Shown here piece after piece: positions 49,555 to 55,346 of a stretch of 55,346 nt of DNA. Each line of letters starts with the position of its first letter. The stretch's first letter is position 1. The DNA is from Nemertoderma westbladi (taxonomy: Eukaryota; Animalia; Xenacoelomorpha). The stretch lies in contig JAUCBJ010006323.1 in the NCBI GenBank assembly GCA_032718475.1, positions 1 to 55,346 on the forward strand, read 5' to 3'. The notes beneath the pieces are model-generated. The model made no database searches. It had not been told where the DNA came from and was given only the letters and a program-made list of their open reading frames with translations. A program made the position numbers and the translations under genes.

Positions 49555-50761
49555 AACTTTTCTTCTATAGATGCGATCAACTTCAACTTTATATAGGAAA
49601 TCGACCGACCTATTTGCCTTTTGATTACCATAACAACAGGGTGAGGTGCACTGAACCTTGAAGCAAGCTGTTGTACAACTAACTGTGCGACGGCTACTAA
49701 CTAACTCACTAACTGCACATACTCATACGGGAGAGATTAATGGATGTGCCTAAAAAGGAAGACCGTTACATTATACGCAACCCCTTGGAAGTACCACTGA
49801 ATTATTGTATGCTGGTAACAACCCCCCTCCATCGCCTATTCTCTTTTGCCTAGCATTGTTCCTTTATTCCCCCCCAGCTAGCAGCCCCGGCTCCATCTAC
49901 ATTGCGGCCTCCCCAACCGCACACACACACTCCTACCACAGTGCCTATTGTTAGCTGTGCCCCTACTGCACTCAGCCTGTCATCCTTGGGCTAGCTAGGC
50001 CTTCTTGTCAGCGAGCAGCCATCTCTGCGTTCATATAAGCAATATAGCTGGCTAGCATGCCACCATCCATCCCCATTTTGACTTTGCATGCCATAGTAAA
50101 TACGTAACGCCTGCTATTTGCATATATCTGGAAGTATGTAGTATTTGTTTGACATCCGTTCTTATGCTGGCATTGCATTCCCAAATACATGTGTTTTCTA
50201 CTTCCTCTTTTATGAGGGTTAATGTAGTAGTCACCCTAATATACTTACTATAAGTGATAGATATAACTATTTCCCATACTTGTCACATTGTTGGCAATTT
50301 CAAAATAACGATAAATTATAATTATTTATAATTAATTAAGCGTATAAATCACTTTGTTTTATTTATTTTTTCAACTATATCTCTTTCATAAAATTGTTCT
50401 GAATTTAAATATATTCATAGTTACTCAATCAATATTAAATACGTTCTCATTGATTTCCACTATTCAAAACAACTGTATCTTAATTTTAATTACCGTATAT
50501 TTTAATATAATTTTTAATTTTACTGCAGTTCTGCTTTGAAATCTACCTTCTGTAATTTTTTATTTAAAATTATTAAATACTATAATTTTTAATTTAATAC
50601 GCAATGTTTAAAACCCATCACCATTTACTGTTGTTGTTTGCTGTCTATCAGCTTGTAGTATTTTATACCAGAGGTTAGTATTTCCGGTATAAACAATATA
50701 GAATTTCATTCGTTTTTTTCCAATTGAACTAAAGTATCTTCAGCAGCCATCAACACAGTCA

Positions 50762-50830
50762 GATTGCCTATTGGTTAGAGCGTCGGTATTTCGATCGGAA
50801 GGTTGTGAGTTCGAGCCATACCAGACGATC
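50762..50830 (+). mobile_element. Degenerate tRNA-like SINE head
   Basis: GCCTATTGGTTAGAGCG (A box) and GAGTTCGAGCC (B box); no clean acceptor stem. Confidence 0.5.
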
Positions 50831-51260
50831 CTAGTTTTCGTTAAGTTCTTGACATTGGCACTCCCAACTGCAACGGCTACCTGTATTGGCTAACTAATTT
50901 ACTGTGGTTTGGTTTACCATAATACCATAATATATTTAGTAAGTCCGCGTAGCGAGACCTCTAGTAGAACTGGAACAGGTACCTAATGAGTTATTATACA
51001 TACGCAAACCTTTGGGCGATTTCGCGCTTGTTGGATTATATGATGGTGTGGTTTCTGAAATACGTTTAGTTTCTTTGGTGTGTTATAAAGAACATACAAT
51101 GTGTATAAGGTGCACGAGCACTGTGCAGTAGTAGATAGTGTTTTAGAATTTGAAATTGCTTGTCTTTTGGTGGTGAATGTGAATGGGAAATGGGAATGGG
51201 CACAGAACAGCACAGTTTGTATAATATTTAATAAAGTTAGGAAACAGTTATAGAATAAAT

Positions 51261-52960
51261 TTAGGAAACAGAGTGGAAGAGTTTATCGTGGAAGATCACC
51301 CATGGTGGTGAACAGAAATTCCTTTAGGAAACATAGTGGAAGGGTCTACTGTGGAAGATCACCCAATGTGGTGAACAGGCATTCCTTTAGGAAACAGAGT
51401 AGAAGGGTTTACTGTGGAAGATCACCCATGGTGGTGAACAGGCATTCCTTTAGGAAACAGAGTAGAAGGGTTTACTGTGGAAGATCACCCATGGTGGTGA
51501 ACAGGTATTCCTTTAGGAAACAGAGTGGAAGGGTTTACTGTGGAAGATCACCCATGGTGGTGAACAGTCATTCCTTTGGGAAACAGTGTGGAAGGGTTCA
51601 CTGTGGATAATCACCCAATGTGGTGAAAAGGAATTCCTTTGGGGAACAGAGTGGAAGGGTTTACTGTGGAAGATCACCCAATGTGGTGAATAGGAATTCC
51701 TTTGGGGAACAGAGTGGAGGGTTTACTGTGGAAGATTACCTATGGTGGTGAACAGGCATTCCTTTAGGAAACAGAGTGGAAGGGTTTACTGTGGAAAATC
51801 ACCCATGTTGGTGAACAGGCATTTCTTTGGGAAACAGAGTGGAAGGGTTTACTGTGGAAGATCACCCATGTTGGTGAACAGGCATTCCTTTGGGGGACAG
51901 AGTGGAATGGTTTACTGTGGGAGATCGATCACCCATGGTGGTGAACAGGCATTCCTTTGGGGGACAGAGTGGAATGGTTTACTGTGGAAGATTACCTATG
52001 GTGGTGAACAGGCATTCCTTTAGGAAACAGAGTGGAAGGGTTTACTGTGGAAAATCACCCATGTTGGTGAACAGGCATTTCTTTGGGAAACAGAGTGGAA
52101 GGGTTTACTGTGGAAGATCACCCATGTTGGTGAACAGGCATTCCTTTGGGGGACAGAGTGGAATGGTTTACTGTGGGAGATCGATCACCCAGGGCGGTGA
52201 ACAGGTATTCCTTTAGGAAACAGAGTGGAAGGGTTTACTGTGGAAGATCACCCAATGTGGTGAACATGAATTCCTTTAGGAAACAGAGTGGAAGGGTTTA
52301 CTATGGAAGATCACCTATGGTGGTGAACATAGGAATTCCTTAAGGAAACAGAGGGGAAGGGTTTACTATGGAAGATCACCCAATGTGGTGAACAGGAATT
52401 CCTTGAGGAAACAGAGTGGAAGGGATTACTATGGGAGATCACCTAATGGTGGGGTGAACAGGCTTTCCTTTTGGAAACAGGAAACAGAGTGGAAGGGTTT
52501 ACTGTGTAAGATCACCCATGGTGGTGATGGTGAACAGGTTTTCCTTTTGTAAACTCAGTGGAAGGATTTACTGTGGAGGATCACCCATGGTGGTGAACAG
52601 GTTTTCCTTTTGGAAACAGAGTGGAAGGGTTTACTGTGGAATATCACCCATGTTGGGTTGGTGAACAGGAATTCCTTTCGGAAACAGAGTGGAAGAGGGT
52701 TTACTACGGACGATCACCCATGGTGGTGGACAGGCTTTCCTTTTGGAAACAGAGTGGAAGGGTTTACTGTGGAAGATTACCTATGGTGGTGAACAGGCAT
52801 TCCTTTAGGAAACAGAGTGGAAGGGTTTACTATGGACGATCACCTATGGTGGTGAACAGGCATTCCTTTAGGAAACAGAGTGGAAGGGTTTACTGTGGAA
52901 GATTACCTATGGTGGTGAACAGGCATTCCATGTCTTAACGAGCCTAAAAGATTCTCCCAT
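51261..52960 (+). repeat. Second 63-bp SINE-derived array, about 26 units, with SINE 3' tail but no head
   Basis: Same unit, more diverged; ends cttaacgagcctaaaagattctcccatt. Confidence 0.95.
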
Positions 52961-53125
52961 TTATTTTGTTTATGTTTTTGTCAATTTTTATGTGTGCAAT
53001 TGAATTGACTCTCGTGTGTTGTTTTGTGTATTGATTCACTCAGATAGGATTTCCCCCCTGTTTCCCAGGGTTTTACCTTATATAATATATACTTTGCAAC
53101 ATGTAAATAATTGTACCTCTTACAG

Positions 53126-53344
53126 GCGGACACAGCGAGGCCATACAGTCATACTTCACTGCCCCCTCCGACGTGTTTATCCGCCCCGGCGATGACGTCA
53201 CACTTCCGTGTATCATCCACGACTCTATTACGTCAGTGGTGTGGAACGTCGGAACAACCGACCCTGAGGAACCCGATGGTTCTACTGTCTTGGAGATTCC
53301 CTATAATATAGAGATCCAGACAGGAAACATTTATAAGACAGTGG
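53126..53344 (+). CDS. Ig-superfamily (nephrin/Kirrel-like) gene, first half of N-terminal Ig domain
   Basis: Acceptor ttgtacctcttacag, donor GTGAGT; 219 nt, phase 1 to 1. Reads GHSEAIQSYFTAPSDVFIRPGDDVTLPCIIHDSITSVVWNVG..., with the B-strand Cys (VTLPC) and C-strand Trp. Confidence 0.9.
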
Positions 53345-53876
53345 GTGAGTTAAATCATAAATTATTATTTATTATTAAGTATTGTTACTACCGGTATAAG
53401 GAACAGCCATAGCGAGGTGTAAGTTTGGTAAACTGTGTGTAAGTTTAAGTTCAGAATAAAACCATACTTGTTGCAGAGTGCCGGTACTTAAAATTAAGTA
53501 TCACCGAGCAAAAAAGTAACAATTTAAGAATATGTTTTTAATTCTATATTATTAAAGTATTTTATAGAAGTAAATGATGTTTATTACACCTAATTTTAGA
53601 AGAATCCTTTAACCATATGCTTTTATAGTCAGTATGATTTTGGTCCGGTACCGCGGTGAAATATTAGGCCTGAATTAAATCATTGATTTCTTGAAAATGA
53701 TATGTAAAAAAATTGAAGGCAATATGCCAATTTCCAGGCTCAGTTTCATTGTAAAGTTTATGTTCTAGAACTGTAATAAAGTCGACATTATTTATTGTTA
53801 AACTCTCCAGTTTCGTTTGACACTATTTTGTTATAAACCATCACGTTAACTCACTCACTGCAATGTCTTTCGGTAG

Positions 53877-54048
53877 ATAATTGGTACATTAAGGAATTGG
53901 GCGACAGATACCATATAATCCACGAGAAAGTCGGTCACTTAACCGATTTCAGCCTTAAAATCAACGACGTTTCGTTGTTCGACGACGGATTCTTCGACTG
54001 TCAGTTCCCTCCGTTAGGGGAAGAACCCGAACTTCATTCCTATATGCG
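53877..54048 (+). CDS. Ig-superfamily gene, second half of N-terminal Ig domain
   Basis: Acceptor gtctttcggtag, donor GTGAGT; 172 nt, phase 1 to 2. Reads (D)NWYIKELGDRYHIIHEKVGHLTDFSLKINDVSLFDDGFFDCQFPPLGEEPELHSYM; SLKIxxVxxxDDGxFxC matches the Ig E/F strand signature. Confidence 0.9.
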
Positions 54049-55214
54049 GTGAGTTTTACAGACTTTATTTCACTTTATACTTGCATATTTTTTTTATTTT
54101 ATATTATTTCTATGTTAAGTTATGCCTAAAGTAAACTGTATTATTAATATTTTACTGCATTGTGAGTGTTTTGATTTATTATTTTCATTTTGGTTAGGTT
54201 TAGGCGGACATACTTTTACTTCTACATTTTAAGGTGATTATAAAATTTTGAAATCACTGGGTTTGCTGACATTTGCTATGTAATTTACTGTAGAATGCAG
54301 CCGCAGGTAAACCGTAAATAGAATTCTAAGAATTTATCTGTTTATTTGAATTGTTCGTTTCCGCATTAAGAATTGCCACCACTATTCTCTATAAGGACTA
54401 TAATAATGTTGATTAGTTATGACAGGTTGCACATTGCAGATTAAATCTAAATTCCCGACTGCTGTACTTTCCACTTGTTGGCATTTATTCCCAATACAAG
54501 TCGAGATTTAAATAATATTTCTCCTTCATCCAATATTCTATCCCCAAACCCTAACTTCTTCCTGTACACGCATTTAGAGAGACGCCTTCGAATGAAGCAT
54601 CTGGTATTTATTTGTACCAATTCATCCCAGACAGATGTCAGTTCCTGTAATGTGTGAGATCCAACCAGCTATCCCAAACGGACGCCAGTTACTTATACCG
54701 CTAAATCTAATAACAAAAAAACGTCGGAATTCATATAATATACCAGACAAACTTGCCCTAGAAACAGACCTACTGGGGTGTGTGTCTCGTATTATTCACA
54801 CTTCCCTAGACGTCCTCTTCTATACGGATAACCCTTGAGGGTTGGCTCAAGTTATATTTATCCTCTGATATAACATGACTTGACATATGATAGACGGTTT
54901 ATCTATTACAATCCTGTCTACCTAATCGGGAAGGCCTAACCCTCACCTATCATTTAAGCGCATCATGCTAGGCCACTCTGTACCCCTCTGAGAAGGTTTT
55001 TATAAGGCGCTGTAGGAATCCTGTATTTCCTAGGATTACGTAGGTGTGTTAGTGACTGAATTAATAGTTCCGCATTTGTTTCAGTTCCTATTTTTCCAAA
55101 ATTCAAACACTACAAGTTAAGTTGAGAAGGCACTGAAGGCCTTATATCGTGGGATGTTATCACAGGACGGAGTGAGCATGCGTTGCCTGGTAGCGCGTGA
55201 GACTGCGACCATGA

Positions 55215-55346
55215 GAGTGTCCCTCAAGAAATTAAAACAAATAAGTTGTTCGTCAAATTGATCTTAATTGCTGCAAAGCTATTAAATAGAATTATATTAA
55301 ATCGCATCAGGGATCCTGTCGAGAGACAGTTACGTGGGAACCAAAA
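55215..55346 (+). mobile_element. RTE-type LINE fragment running off the window end
   Basis: Matches 30958-30992 and 31065-31140 (gctgcaaagcta...aatagaattatattaaatcgcatcagggatcc) with an internal deletion. Confidence 0.8.

Noticed and set aside
50762-50830. tRNA gene
   Set aside because: A and B boxes are present but there is no convincing acceptor stem; treated as a SINE head. The same applies to 43200-43255 and 42850-42925.
45752-52930. 63-bp arrays as CRISPR arrays or repeat-protein genes (ORFs of 440 and 305 aa)
   Set aside because: No unique spacers and no cas genes in a eukaryotic context. The ORFs arise because the unit is a stop-free multiple of 3, and they are broken by +4 variants; the unit is SINE-derived.

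Overview
AT-rich, repeat-dense animal genomic DNA with spliceosomal introns, LINEs, SINEs and DNA transposons. A marine invertebrate source, possibly an echinoderm, is my inference. Two spliced genes can be assembled by hand; the ORF track catches only parts of them. (1) Minus strand: five coding exons (27015-26807, 23147-22999, 14975-14825, 9138-9008, 6908-6782) joined by GT-AG introns with matching phases. They encode a signal peptide plus at least 5 beta/gamma-crystallin Greek-key motifs (>=255 aa, 3' end not found). (2) Plus strand, head-to-head with gene 1: a signal-peptide exon (39179-39242) and two exons (53126-53344, 53877-54048) forming an N-terminal Ig domain resembling nephrin/Kirrel-type proteins; this gene appears to continue past the window end. 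Introns and intergenic DNA hold RTE-type, CR1/L2-type, CRE-type and Penelope-like retroelement relics, tRNA-derived SINEs, a Tc1-like element nested in a Harbinger-like element, an 8-bp-TSD MITE family and several minisatellites. The most striking structure is a SINE whose internal 63-bp segment is single-copy at 10.4 kb but expanded to about 37 and about 26 tandem units in two other copies. There is no CRISPR array, rRNA or intact tRNA gene.
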